This document shows, in pieces, positions 9,498-20,695 of a stretch of DNA of 64,000 bases. Source of the stretch: an uncultured virus (IMG/VR IMGVR_UViG_2630968701_000001). Its lineage: Duplodnaviria; Heunggongvirae; Uroviricota; Caudoviricetes. Within the stretch, counting starts at the first letter, position 1. Each line of letters starts with the position of its first letter. The DNA lies in the IMG/VR virus record IMGVR_UViG_2630968701_000001, one strand, 5' to 3'. The notes beneath the pieces are model-generated. The model searched no databases. It was not told where the DNA came from and saw only the letters and a program-made list of their open reading frames with translations. A program made the position numbers and the translations under genes.

Positions 9498-10306
9498 TCA
9501 ATTAGGTGTTGGAACAAAAATTAAATTATAAGCGATCTTATAGCTTTTTAGAGAAAACATAAGATCTGGAAGATCCAATGTATTTGTGTCCAATGCCTGA
9601 TTTAAAAGATCAAGAACCAATTTCTTTCTTGTATTATTCAGTTTCAAAAATTCAAATCGATAAAAATTAACCTGGAATCCAAAGAAGTTCTCATCGTGAT
9701 TATGCGGATCATAGAGTTCATAGCAGCACTGATCATTTTCTTTAAAGATTAAGTAAATTCGGTTTGGAAGAAATTGATGATTGTCTTCATTTTCATCTGG
9801 CCCTTTTGCTGAATTATTCAAAATCTTTTCTGGACTATCAGCGCAAATAGAATCGATCGCATCATGAAAGAAATTTGGATTATCTTGTTTTGCAATGACA
9901 TATTTTGATGTGATCCATAAGCAGATCGTAAATATTATTCCGATAATACATGTAACCAACAGAACATTTCTATAATTGTTTTTTTGATCAAATATACAAA
10001 ATCCTAATAGCCACACTCCAACATAAACTATTAATTTTTTTACAACACAAGAAATCCTTTCATACATGAAATTTTTTTTATAATTTTCTGATGGTCCAAG
10101 CCGAATTCCATTAACTCCAAGTGTTAGATACTCTGCCATATTCCATAATACTGGAAGCATAGTAACTGCTACAAAAGTGTCAAATGATGACAATATTACT
10201 TTTCCATAAAAGAATCTTTCCAATCCCTGCCAGATCAGTAAAAGTAAAAAGCAATTGTCAAAAAAAAGACAGACCTAGTAGCAATGATTTTTGTTTTTTT
10301 ACTCAT
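9498..10306 (-). CDS. Multi-pass membrane protein; probable frameshift at A7 run near the start
   Basis: Hydrophobic segments; ATG at 10306 with RBS joins the long frame if one base is removed from 10294-10300. Confidence 0.6.
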
Positions 10307-10535
10307 CTTTCTCCTCCTTAATCTCCATATAAGTTCCAAGTATCTGATCTGGATTGATCTTGAAATATTTGATGATTTTTTCTAATACCTGAAAGGATGG
10401 GACGCTGCGTCCAATTTCGTAATATGAAACCATGATTCTTGTAACTCCAAGAATATTTCCAAGATCTTCCTGTGTTAGATTATGTTCTTTTCTTAATTCT
10501 TTTAGATTTTTTATAAAGTTTTTTCTCAAGCGCAC
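10299..10535 (-). CDS. Xre/Cro-C1 family HTH regulator (GTG start)
   Basis: NLKELRKEHNLTQEDLGNILGVTRIMVSYYEIGRSVPS; AAGGAG before GTG 10535; directly behind motif 10564-10599. Confidence 0.9.
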   Translation of the reverse strand: MRLRKNFIKNLKELRKEHNLTQEDLGNILGVTRIMVSYYEIGRSVPSFQVLEKIIKYFKINPDQILGTYMEIKEEKDE

Positions 10536-10644
10536 TTCTCCTTTCGATATTCTCTTACTACAAATATGAGAGAAATTTTCGCTTTTATTTTTCATATATA
10601 AAAAAATTCCTGGAATTTCTTCCAAAGATTTCCGTATTTCATAC

Positions 10645-12593
10645 TTAGTCGTCTTCATAATGTTTCTCATCCAGTTCTTTCATTAGATCAATAATTAAGG
10701 AAAGCGTATCTGCATCATAAAAGGAATTTAACCAAACTACCCCTGAACTGATAGCAAACACAATCTTTTCATCCCATTCTATATCTTCTTCATCGATTTC
10801 TACAGATAATGGATATGTATCATCATGATCAACATGAATTGGAGCATATGTACGTGAATCATCATGCTTATAGATTGGATATAAACCATACATCTTAAAA
10901 AGATATTTTTCTAGTTTTGTTGGATTCTCATTAGAACATTTGATTTCACTCATATTTTTTCCTCCCTCTGAAATTCTCTAATCCTTTTTCTGCACGATAA
11001 ATCATATTTGTTCGGTTAATGCAAAAATTTTCAATATCACATTCATCTTCAAAATAGTATTGCTCATACAGTTCTTGCATTTTTTCTGTTAGTTCGTCAG
11101 CATCCTGCATATTCTGCAGGTCGGTTTTCAGATCTTGCAAATCCTTCTTTTCTGTTTCTAATGCAGCTTTGATATCCTTTACAGAATTTAGACATTCAGT
11201 ATCCCAGTATGTAACACTGATTCCTTTATATTCGGCAACCATCGTATGGACATTGCGAACGATCAAACATTTCATGTACCGATCGAAACCAACTATCTCC
11301 CAGAATTTTAATTCATTTTTGTCAAATATGATATTCTCAGGAAGCAGTTCTATTTTTGAATGATCTGCAGCTCCCGGCAATGAATTTTCAAAACTCTTCT
11401 TGAAATTTTCTAAGTTGTCAGCAAATACATACAAATTCAAAGTTTCATGATATCCTTCAAATTGTTTCTTTTCTGGATTATATCGACATGGGATGATAAA
11501 TCCATCTTTTTCTACATAATACATGTTAACTCCCCTTTCGATCTTCTTTCAAATCATTGATCTCTTCCAACTCTTTCTTCATTCTTGCAATGATTTTGAG
11601 TGTATCTTTGCATTTGTCCCTAATCTTAGTAAAACCAAAATAGAAAAGATACTCATATGATTTCTTATAATTAATGTAATCTTTGCAATTCTTATGCTCT
11701 TCTGCGATGATCAGATTTGTAAATCGTTCAATATCTTCATTTGATATGAATCGATGCATGTATTTTTGTTTTCTACGAATAGCTTTCCGTAATGGATGTC
11801 TTACTTGTGCTAGTGTTTGTTTATTCTTTTCATCTTTGTAAAAATCCATGTTCTGAATATGATCTAACTGTCGAACCACATGATAATAGGTCCATATTGT
11901 TCTTTCAGGAATTTTATCGTAGATATACTCAGCGAATGATAATCTATCACTGATGATCTTTTTTCTCTCTTCCATAAGCTGCATGATCTCATTCTTGTCA
12001 TTTGTATAGTCATCATCCAATTCTTCCTGAGTTACGTTTTGGTATCTGGCCCGCTTTATTTTATATGGTCGAATGATATATTCTTCCAAATCAGGATCAA
12101 AACCGATCAGCTGATAAAATTTCCAAGTTCCTTTATGAAAGATGATACGTTTTGGCATGACATCTACTTTTTTTGTTGTATTATATCCCAAATAATCATA
12201 CGGAGTAAGACCCTCTTCAATCTCATACAACCAATCTTTGCATACAATATCAGATCTTCTGGGGTCATCGTTTGCTTTTCCATATAAATAATGAAATTCT
12301 GAATTATATTGCAATGTAGCATGGCATTTTTTTACTTTATATCTTGACTGCAAATAAAACATGTGTTAGCTCCTTTCTTTCTCATCTTCTACAAGAATTG
12401 CTTTCCAATTGCTGCTGTTGCAGGAAGATGAGATGATCTTGTATCCAGAATTAATGCAAATGTTTACAAGATCTTCAAACATTTCTGAATCTTCTTCTTC
12501 AATTGTGACACATCGAATTCCATCAATATGGTTTCGTTTATTATAAATTCGTTTATTTTTTTCTAGAATTTTTTCTAAAGTTTCTTTTGTCAT
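10645..12593 (-). other. Four co-oriented hypothetical genes (10645-10953, 10946-11524, 11526-12362, 12366-12593)
   Basis: Abutting ORFs behind motif 12616-12651; the middle two share an IIF.K...KF....GFD segment. Confidence 0.7.
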
Positions 12594-13170
12594 AGTTATC
12601 TCTCCTTTATTTTAAATATGAGAGAAATTTATAAAAAGAAAAATCATATATAAAAAAAGGACCAATCAAGGTCCCTTGTTGAAAAATTATGCATAGATCG
12701 CATACTGAATAAATCCAATATGAGCTTCCCAATTGAAATCTTTTGGCAGGTAATCTTCTAATTTTTCTTTGAATTCATCAATGATCTCATCCATTGAATG
12801 ATAACTTCCTTTGAAGATTTCCTGAAGCAATGTTGATTTGTCTGTGAAAAAAATACCGTAATAATCCCCATATAGTTCAAAACAATCATCTTCTCCACAA
12901 CGCTCATCACATTCAAATGGGTAAAAAATTCCGCCAGACATCTCATCTTTATATAACGAAATTTGGAAATGTTTTTCGTCATTTTCTTCAATTGAGGATG
13001 GATCTGCCTTTTTGCACTTTGATCGAATTAATGCTTGTTCATCAAGTTCTTCAACTGCAGTGTAGGCGTCAGGAACTTTTACAAAACTTTGAGAGTGAAA
13101 GCTGCCATCTATTGGGGTGCAGATGAAACTCGGCATTAAAATGGATAGGATTCAGAGAATCAAAAATCTT

Positions 13171-13207
13171 ATATGTGAAAAATATTTTTTTAAAAAATCT
13201 ATCATAT
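13171..13207 (+). promoter_or_regulatory. Bipartite motif copy inside IS element C, upstream of tnpB
   Basis: ATATGTGAAAAA...TCTATCATATTT, oriented with tnpB against the surrounding genes. Confidence 0.8.
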
Positions 13208-13240
13208 TTATAGTAAAAGAATCAAAAAAGGAGTGATCTT

Positions 13241-14737
13241 ATGGCAACCTACAGTCTGGAGTTAAAATTGAATACAAAGAAAGCTTCCGATTGCTGGTAT
13301 CTGGAGAACTACTTCCGAGAAGTGGCCAAGATCAGCAACGCCGTGCGGCGTTTTGCCATGCGCAGGATCGAACGTCTGAAGCGGGATAAGAACTATCGGG
13401 ATCTGTTGGCACAATACATAAAACTCATCAAGCAGGACAAAGAGAAAGAAAAGGAGACTGTTGGGAAGGAACTGTCTGTTGTCGTCTGGTCTTACGGATT
13501 GACAAAATTTTATTTGCAAAAGTCCGCACTCGATCTGCGAAAGAACCTGCGGTATGTTCACTCCACAGTTTATCAAAAGATCTGTGATCAGGTATGGAAA
13601 GGTGTTGAGAAGGTCCTGTATGCAGATGGAAAGCGGATGCATTTCAAGAAATGGGATGACTTCTTAAGTTTCGAGGGAAAATCCAATACTACAGGAATCA
13701 TCTATCAGGACGGGAAAGTGTATATCAACTGTACGCCGAAACGTCCAAATGGAGGGATCATTCTGTCCGTAAAGTTGCCGAACAATAAAAACAACGATCA
13801 CTGGAACTATGAGACGAGATGCTTGTGCGATCCAACAAAATACTGCCGGATCGTAAGGAAGAAGTTTTCTTCCGGATGGTGTTATTATGTCCAGCTGATC
13901 CAGGAAGGGATCCCGCCACAGAAACATGTAAGAGGGACCGGAAGGATCGGGATCGATATCGGGACCTCTACGGTTGCTACAGTATCTGAAACAGCATGTC
14001 ATTTAGATGTTCTGGGAGATTCCATGGAGACAAAGGAGAAAGAGATCCGAAGACTACAGCGAAAGATGGATCGCAGCCGCAGAGCGACAAATCCTCAGAA
14101 TTATAAGGAAGATGGAAGGGTCAAAAAGGAAAAAAAACGATGGGCCTACAGTCATCATTATCAAAAAATGCGGGATCAGTTAAAGACGATGCGAAGAAAA
14201 CGTACAGCTTCCCTAAAACAGTGGCAGGAGATCTATGCAAACCGTCTGCTCGAAGAAGGAGATGAAGTTTATGTGGAGGATATGAGCTTTAAGGCATTAA
14301 AGAAACGAAAAAAGAAGACGGAGAAAAAGGAGAACGGTCGGTACAAGAGTAAGAAACGGTTCGGGAAGTCGATCGGGAATCATGCTCCGGCACAGTTCCT
14401 GACGATCGTGAAGCAGAAACTGGATCAGACCGGCGGGAAATACCATGAAGTTAATACACGGAAGTTTAAAGCCAGTCAGTATGATCATGTGACCGATACT
14501 TATACCAGAAAGAAACTAACAAAACGGCATCATTGGGCAGACAGAGACTGGGTGCAGCGAGATCTGTACAGTGCGTTTCTTCTGATGAACTCTAACAAAA
14601 GTTTAGAACATGCCGACCGTGACTTGTGCCTTCTTCATTATCCGTCCTTTAAAATACTCCATGACCAGTGTATCGAAGAGATCATCGCATCCGACAAACA
14701 TATCCCTGCAAGCTTTGGCTTCCATCGTGCAGCATAG
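13241..14737 (+). CDS. tnpB: TnpB (498 aa), RuvC triad intact, no canonical zinc finger
   Basis: GIDIG, YVEDM, QRDLYSA; LQRKMDRSRRATNP.NY. Confidence 0.9.
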   Translation: MATYSLELKLNTKKASDCWYLENYFREVAKISNAVRRFAMRRIERLKRDKNYRDLLAQYIKLIKQDKEKEKETVGKELSVVVWSYGLTKFYLQKSALDLRKNLRYVHSTVYQKICDQVWKGVEKVLYADGKRMHFKKWDDFLSFEGKSNTTGIIYQDGKVYINCTPKRPNGGIILSVKLPNNKNNDHWNYETRCLCDPTKYCRIVRKKFSSGWCYYVQLIQEGIPPQKHVRGTGRIGIDIGTSTVATVSETACHLDVLGDSMETKEKEIRRLQRKMDRSRRATNPQNYKEDGRVKKEKKRWAYSHHYQKMRDQLKTMRRKRTASLKQWQEIYANRLLEEGDEVYVEDMSFKALKKRKKKTEKKENGRYKSKKRFGKSIGNHAPAQFLTIVKQKLDQTGGKYHEVNTRKFKASQYDHVTDTYTRKKLTKRHHWADRDWVQRDLYSAFLLMNSNKSLEHADRDLCLLHYPSFKILHDQCIEEIIASDKHIPASFGFHRAA

Positions 14738-15193
14738 AGAAAAATAAATAACAACAACGGATCCAGCTGAGTCCGTCAGACTGCCGAAAGGTGAAACGTG
14801 CCATGCATGGATGTCTGAAATGTTTCTGCAACAGAGAGACTATAACTGACAGCTTTCTGACATCAAAAAAGTACCAGATCCTCTGAGATAGAAGAACCGA
14901 TACCGATGTTTTGAGACCTTAAGTGATGTCCTCTTGTACTGGAACCTGCCACCTATTGGTGTGCAGATCAGTTAGCATATCCCTTCCACATATTTCTTTT
15001 AGATATTTTTTGCAAAACTCAATTGTCTCCTTTTCATCCAAAATTAATGCTGTTCCACTTTCTGCATACCAATTACTGCTCATAATTCATTTCTCCTTTT
15101 CTCTGAATCGTCATTTTAAATGTTTCAGTTTAAATATGAGAGATAAGAAAAAGCATAAAGAAAAAGAGACCTATTGCAGTCTCTTTTTTTAAA

Positions 15194-15456
15194 TTAAAGA
15201 TCAATTTCGCTGTCTAACCATTTTGTTTTGCAGGTCACACAAGTATCTCGATCAGCATACATACCTCTCGATCAGCATACATACCTTTACATAAACATCT
15301 TTCATCACCTATGAAATATGGACAATCGATATGATCATCTATTATTGCTTCTTCTGAAACACCTGCATCATCGGTGCAAAATCGTTTAAATTCTTTACCA
15401 GAATTTTCTAACTGATCTAATAGCAGATTGATCATCATTTCTCTATTTGTGAGCAT
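15194..15456 (-). pseudogene. Small Cys-rich gene frameshifted by a 20 bp tandem duplication
   Basis: TCTCGATCAGCATACATACC repeated at 15246-15285; removing one copy gives the ending RDTCVTCKTKWLDSEIDL. Confidence 0.75.
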
Positions 15457-15496
15457 TCATTTTCTCCTATAATTATTTTTCTGATTTTTTATCTAA

Positions 15497-16709
15497 TTAT
15501 CTCTTAGTTATCTCCAACCAGTTATCGATGATATTATCTTTTCCATCTGTGTTAATTTCAACTTCAAGGTCTTCAATGCAGAATCCCAGAAATTCATCAA
15601 ACGTCATTCCAATGATGGCTGAGAGTACTTTGTTAAATGATTCCTTGTCATTACATTCCAGATAAATATTCATCAATGTTACAGCCACGTTATTATCTCT
15701 ATTTGCTTTACGTAATAGAATTTCCATGATACTATTACAATTCTGATCTGTGCAGTTTTCTGCTGCTTCTTCTAATTTTACAACTTTAACAATTTTTTCC
15801 AATATCGTCATATCTTTTTTCTCCTTTATTCTTCTACAATATCAACGTCATATTCCAAAAAAATTGACAGGTCATAATTATCTGTGACGCCCCATACACT
15901 TCTATATCCATCTTCTGCAAGATCTTCTCCACAATTGATGTCTGCTAAGATGAGTGCTTTTGTTGGAATATGTGTATGACAAGCAGTATCAATTCCAGCA
16001 TCCATGATCTCTTTGCGTTTTGCTTTACATTCTCTAATGAATGCTTCAACTTCTTTTTCTCCTCTATTCGTTAATTTCCAATTTTCTATTGTATCCCATT
16101 TTGTATAATCCATATTATTCTCCTTTATAATATCAATCCTGTGTTCTGTTGATCTATAGCTTCTTTACATTTCTTTAGATATTCATAAAACGTAATTCCA
16201 GTAAACAATTTAAACATCTGTTCAAATGCTTCTTCATCGACTGTTTTTTTGTAAATTTCGAATAGTTCATTTGAAGAACATTTAAAATTTTCTATTTTGT
16301 CTCTCATGATCTGCTGCAATACAGCATCTGGACCTGCATTCAAATTGCAGGACTCATTATTCATAAGATTCTCATTTAATTGAATGACCTCTTTGAACAG
16401 CATCTTTGTAAATACGTCGCCTATCTGAATATTTTCTAATTCTTCAGATAAAACATCCATGTCTTCATCTACGGTTGCAGCATCTTTTACCGCTTCTTTG
16501 ATCTTATTAAATAAATTACTGCAATCAGCATGTCTATAATTCGTTATCATAAGACGCCATCCTGATGGCCCAAATTCTGGGCGTTTATAGTCTACAATTA
16601 TATGAAGTTCTGTCCAATCCTTTATCAATTTGAGTTCAAATTCAAAATCTGTTTCTTCAGATAACTGTTTTAAAAAGCTTTCAATTTCATCGATTTCTTT
16701 TCTATTCAT
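15497..16709 (-). other. Three acidic hypothetical genes (15497-15811, 15826-16113, 16125-16709)
   Basis: Each has AAGGAG RBS; 15497 ORF resembles the C-terminus of the 16125 ORF (IY....D.E.F.......G.TF.E.L). Confidence 0.7.
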
Positions 16710-16727
16710 GATTTTTCTCCTTTTAAA

Positions 16728-17085
16728 GTGATATGCTTCCACCACATAAATCCCTGATTTTGAAGTGGAGGCTTTTTGCTCAATGGCTCTACTGAGCCAA
16801 GTATCTACAAACTATTCTCGCGTGCCCCGCAATTCTTTTGCCCGGACACGGGCATGTTTTCTTATTATCCAATTGTTCGGATACGGACAGTTTATGCTGT
16901 CAACATCCTTCTTGCCTCTTCACGGATGTTGATCGCTGCATTATGATCTCACGGAACATTACATGCACATGATCAATGTCATAATTCTATTATACCATAG
17001 ATCACACTATCGAACAAGCGTTCTATTTGCTTTTATGCAATTCATCTCCCACCTGTAGAGGAAGGAGAATTCTTGCTATATTATG
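16728..17085 (-). mobile_element. 358 bp internally deleted IS605 derivative
   Basis: TTTAA then left-end hairpin; DIDHVHVMFR (TnpA HUH remnant) next to DHNAAINIREEARRMLTA (TnpB C-terminus); about 165 nt structured tail ending TCAC. Confidence 0.85.
16989..17024 (-). promoter_or_regulatory. Sigma-A-like promoter overlapped by a Firmicutes LexA-type box
   Basis: TTGTTC-17-TATAAT with extended TG on minus strand; CGAACAAGCGTTCT at 17011-17024. Confidence 0.65.
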
Positions 17086-17094
17086 TTAAAACTC

Positions 17095-17715
17095 TTATCT
17101 CTCTACAAAATCTCCATCACCGTCAACTAACAAATTTTCTTCATCTTCATGCTGCCCTGCAATCGTCTGCAAAACATAGAATAATGGGTCATTGCCTTCA
17201 GATAATTTGTCAATTGTCTGGCTTAGCATATCAAGTTCTTCTTTGTAATCGTCAATACAGGAATCATAATCCAGATCTAAATGCATGTTGAACAAGATAT
17301 TCGCGATCTTTTTGGACTCTGGATTTTTTAAATCAATTTCATCTTTCCAGTTGTCTAATTTCTGATAGAATTCACGCAATGCTTTTTCTTTGTATTGTTC
17401 ATTCGCGACAAGATTAACAACATTAGGAACACCTTGAAATCCATTTCTTTTTGCTTCAAGCATGCGATATACATTTTCTTCGATGTCGAAGCAATCTACT
17501 GCATCTTCAATCTCTTTCTTTATCGCCTCAAGTAAATCTTTTTTATCATCTGAATTTTTAATAGGAAAATACCATTGCCAATCTTCATTTTCCGGATTTT
17601 CTCCGTGAATATCTAATCCGATTTCTGATTCATCGCTTGCTATCCCTACATGAAACCAAAAACTTGTTCCATTTGTTAATTTTTCTAAATATTTTTCTAC
17701 CTTATATTTCGTCAT
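17095..17715 (-). CDS. Acidic hypothetical protein
   Basis: Likely start MTKYKVE after AAGGA. Confidence 0.7.
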   Translation of the reverse strand: MTKYKVEKYLEKLTNGTSFWFHVGIASDESEIGLDIHGENPENEDWQWYFPIKNSDDKKDLLEAIKKEIEDAVDCFDIEENVYRMLEAKRNGFQGVPNVVNLVANEQYKEKALREFYQKLDNWKDEIDLKNPESKKIANILFNMHLDLDYDSCIDDYKEELDMLSQTIDKLSEGNDPLFYVLQTIAGQHEDEENLLVDGDGDFVER

Positions 17716-18122
17716 AATTTTTTTCCTTTTCACTGCACACATCTTCAAAATGAATTCCAAATTTCTTGAAGAACTCATCTTCTTCATCATCATAAAGGTC
17801 CACAAGATCCTGAATGTTTGGGTGCTGCCAGTTAACAAATCCAAATAAGGCTCTGGCTACTTTTTCACATCCGTTGCATTCTTTTAAGAAATCATTTCCT
17901 GTATAGCAATTTTTTCAAGATATTACTTAAATCTTCTTCATCTTCCACAACAGTATCTGTCTCTAATTCATTGAGATAAATGTCTGGAATATAGATGATA
18001 TTATCAGACTTTTCAAATTTTCCTTTGTAGATCAAACATTCCTGACCATCGGTAAAATTAAAAATATCTTCTAGATGTTCTCCCTGTTTTAATCTTGCTT
18101 TTAGTTCGTTTTTATTAATCAT
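17702..18122 (-). CDS. Phage-like acidic protein, frameshifted at A6 run (17910-17915)
   Basis: IYIPD... continues as NCYTGNDFLKECNG...LF.FVNWQHP in the adjacent frame. Confidence 0.65.
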
Positions 18123-18173
18123 AATCTTTCTCCTTTTATTAACCCCAGAGAAAAATCCTTGGGGCTGTGTTTT

Positions 18174-18569
18174 TTAATATTGAAAATTCGGAAATATCTC
18201 ATATAAATCTTCTTCATCTATGTACTGGCCGTTAATACTAACAGCAACTGCATAAGACACGAAATATTCGCCTTTCGGATCTTCCATTCCTTCTGCATCT
18301 TCCTGTTTATAAAAAGAAAGATTCTTATCGCGAATACAAATAGCTTCAGGTTTTAATTTGTTTATAAAATGCTGATTAAGTTCTTGAAGAACAAACTTTT
18401 CAAAGTCAAAACTTTCTGATTTAGCGAAAACAGATTTTCCAGTTAACCAATCTGCGTCCTTACTACGCATTGAATCAATAAGCTCTCCATTTTCACTTTC
18501 TTGATAGATGTCTCCATAAATTCCATGTAATTTGATCGTATCTGCTTTTCTGTATTTTTCAAAATTCAT
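18174..18569 (-). CDS. Acidic hypothetical protein
   Basis: AAGGAG RBS, co-oriented. Confidence 0.7.
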   Translation of the reverse strand: MNFEKYRKADTIKLHGIYGDIYQESENGELIDSMRSKDADWLTGKSVFAKSESFDFEKFVLQELNQHFINKLKPEAICIRDKNLSFYKQEDAEGMEDPKGEYFVSYAVAVSINGQYIDEEDLYEIFPNFQY

Positions 18570-18581
18570 AATTTTTCTCCT

Positions 18582-19007
18582 TTAATTGATTTCTAACTGT
18601 TTTATAAGACTTAATGGAATAACATTCTGTTCTCCTTTTTGGTATACAATATTCCAAGCCCCATTTTGTGTTTCTGGTAATAAATCCCATGGTTTTAGAT
18701 TTCTTTTTCTTTCAACGACCGGATCTACGATCTTTGTATCTTTAAGATCTAATTTGATATCGTATTCTGCCTGAATCGGCATAGAACCAAATCCACAAAA
18801 ATAGTAATACACGTTTGGAATATTCGGGCCAAACGCCCATGCTTCAAAATCATCGAAGAACAAACATTTCTGATCACGTTGCAAGTATTCTTTTTGCAAA
18901 ATATACAATATCTTCTGCAGTTGCAGATTACTAATGGGATGTTCATCTCGTGTACATTTCGTAATAATGTACTTTGCAACATCCATTGCTTTGTATGGTC
19001 TTTTCAT
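18582..19007 (-). CDS. Panacea/SocA-like (DUF4065) antitoxin-domain protein
   Basis: A.DVAKYI, ISNLQLQKILY, FEAWAFGP, W. Confidence 0.85.
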   Translation of the reverse strand: MKRPYKAMDVAKYIITKCTRDEHPISNLQLQKILYILQKEYLQRDQKCLFFDDFEAWAFGPNIPNVYYYFCGFGSMPIQAEYDIKLDLKDTKIVDPVVERKRNLKPWDLLPETQNGAWNIVYQKGEQNVIPLSLIKQLEIN

Positions 19008-19023
19008 TAGATAAAATCCTTTC

Positions 19024-19512
19024 TTAAAAGATATCTGATCCTACAATGTCTTGATAGATTGCATTTCCTATACTGTTAATGTATCCATACTGATTTGTTC
19101 CACAGGCATCTTTTAAGCGGGTACACATATCGTGATATGATTGTTCAAATTCTTCATATATGCTATCAATGATCATTAATTGATACTCTTGAGACTTAAT
19201 CTTATTCTTTAAGTATTCAATCCTTTCTATCACCTTTTCTTTAATCTTTTCCAGAGTATATTCTTGGAATTTGTTTCCACAAAAAATATCATCATATACC
19301 TTATATTGATTGTTATTACACTCGCAGGAAATCTCTAAATAAAAAGTATTAAAGCGGGTTCCATACTTTGCATTTTCAAAATTTTTAGCCATAATTTTAT
19401 ATGGTGATCCATCTTTTTTTGTTAAGTATGTAACTCTTTTCCATGTTTCCAGTTTTGATTTATTCTTCACTATATCTTTTTCTAAATCTCTTTTGATCTG
19501 TTCTAAACTCAT
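19024..19512 (-). CDS. Hypothetical protein
   Basis: WKRVTYLTKKDG.P.K.MAKNF motif; RBS. Confidence 0.7.
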   Translation of the reverse strand: MSLEQIKRDLEKDIVKNKSKLETWKRVTYLTKKDGSPYKIMAKNFENAKYGTRFNTFYLEISCECNNNQYKVYDDIFCGNKFQEYTLEKIKEKVIERIEYLKNKIKSQEYQLMIIDSIYEEFEQSYHDMCTRLKDACGTNQYGYINSIGNAIYQDIVGSDIF

Positions 19513-19523
19513 ATTCTTTCTCC

Positions 19524-20060
19524 TTACTTTGTCATATTTAAAACTTTTCTTCCATGCTCCATAGCTTTTTCAACCAGATCGAATTCTCTTTCTGCGCACA
19601 ATGCAATATACATTCCAGAGTCATAGTCTCTACAGAAAACGATCGTATGAGGAAACGCATAATCACTGACTTCTTTAAAAAAGCAATCATCCTTAACATT
19701 CCTTAAATAGGAACAAAAGAGATTAAGAATTTTTCTTTGAGCATTTTCATCATTTGCCTGTAAGATATACATTTCGTCAATATCGATCATATCTGTATGT
19801 AAAACACGTGTAAAAAGATAATCATCTTTTGTGATTTTTTCATTGCCATTTAAAGCATCTTCTTCGATCAATACATCATCCGTTGTGTAAATCCCATATT
19901 TTTCAAAACATAATTTTGCCTTTTCGCCCAAGTCTAACTGTGCTTGATGTATATCAGCTGCATTACCGTCGATAAACTCCATACCATCTGTTGTAATATA
20001 CTTTTTCGCAGGAACTTCAATTACATCATCCACTACTTTGATTTTCTTGTTTGTAACCAT
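19524..20060 (-). CDS. YIT.DG family protein (copy 2)
   Basis: Paralogue of 8629..9156. Confidence 0.75.
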   Translation of the reverse strand: MVTNKKIKVVDDVIEVPAKKYITTDGMEFIDGNAADIHQAQLDLGEKAKLCFEKYGIYTTDDVLIEEDALNGNEKITKDDYLFTRVLHTDMIDIDEMYILQANDENAQRKILNLFCSYLRNVKDDCFFKEVSDYAFPHTIVFCRDYDSGMYIALCAEREFDLVEKAMEHGRKVLNMTK

Positions 20061-20172
20061 AAAATTTTCTCCTTTTCTTTCTCTAAATCGTCATTTATAT
20101 TTACGTATTAAATATGTCAGATGAGAAGGAAGATAAAATCCATATATAAAAAAAGAGATCCGAAGACCTCTT

Positions 20173-20685
20173 TTAAATATTCAACGAAAGCTTTTGTTTT
20201 GCATCGATGACCGCTTTTCCCATTTTTTCGATTCCTTTTTCCAAACGAAGCCAACTGAATTTCATCGTAGAACAATCACGGCAGAAGACAAATGTACAAG
20301 GGAATGTTCCATTTATTACAAAGGATTCCAACAATGAATTCTTTTTTGCTTCATTCATTTCTTTCTTAAAAGCTGCAAAAATCTCATCCACTTCATCAAT
20401 TGTATTTGCTTTTAATATTACAAAATCATGATAATCTAATTCAAAACCAGGAACCAGATAGAAAAGTATCTCAGGACATTCTTTTACTATCTGATCTGAT
20501 GGAGCTAATATATCCATATTCGTCATGATTCCATATTTTTCGTAGCATTTTTTTCTTTCATTTTTTGTATCAATGTCATATTGGTGATCTTCAGCTCTTA
20601 TTGGATCTTCAAATTTTTCTCCATCTGTTGTAATATATCGTATTGCAGGTTCTTGAATTGCTGTTATCTTAATCTTTTTGTTCAT
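20173..20685 (-). CDS. YIT.DG family protein (copy 3)
   Basis: Paralogue of 8629..9156. Confidence 0.75.
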   Translation of the reverse strand: MNKKIKITAIQEPAIRYITTDGEKFEDPIRAEDHQYDIDTKNERKKCYEKYGIMTNMDILAPSDQIVKECPEILFYLVPGFELDYHDFVILKANTIDEVDEIFAAFKKEMNEAKKNSLLESFVINGTFPCTFVFCRDCSTMKFSWLRLEKGIEKMGKAVIDAKQKLSLNI

Positions 20686-20695
20686 AATTCTCTCC

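Larger units (their letters stand above)
13083..14975 (+). mobile_element. IS200/IS605-family tnpB-only element C, target TTAC
   Basis: TTAC at 13079-13082; similar CTGCCA.CTATTGG.GTGCAG hairpins at both ends; same ends in mini-copy at 2437; removal restores host ORF. Confidence 0.9.
12687..15083 (-). pseudogene. Acidic hypothetical gene split by IS element C
   Basis: 15083-14976 (MSSNWYAE...ICGRDM) joins in frame to 13082-12687 (VKVPDAY...). Confidence 0.85.
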
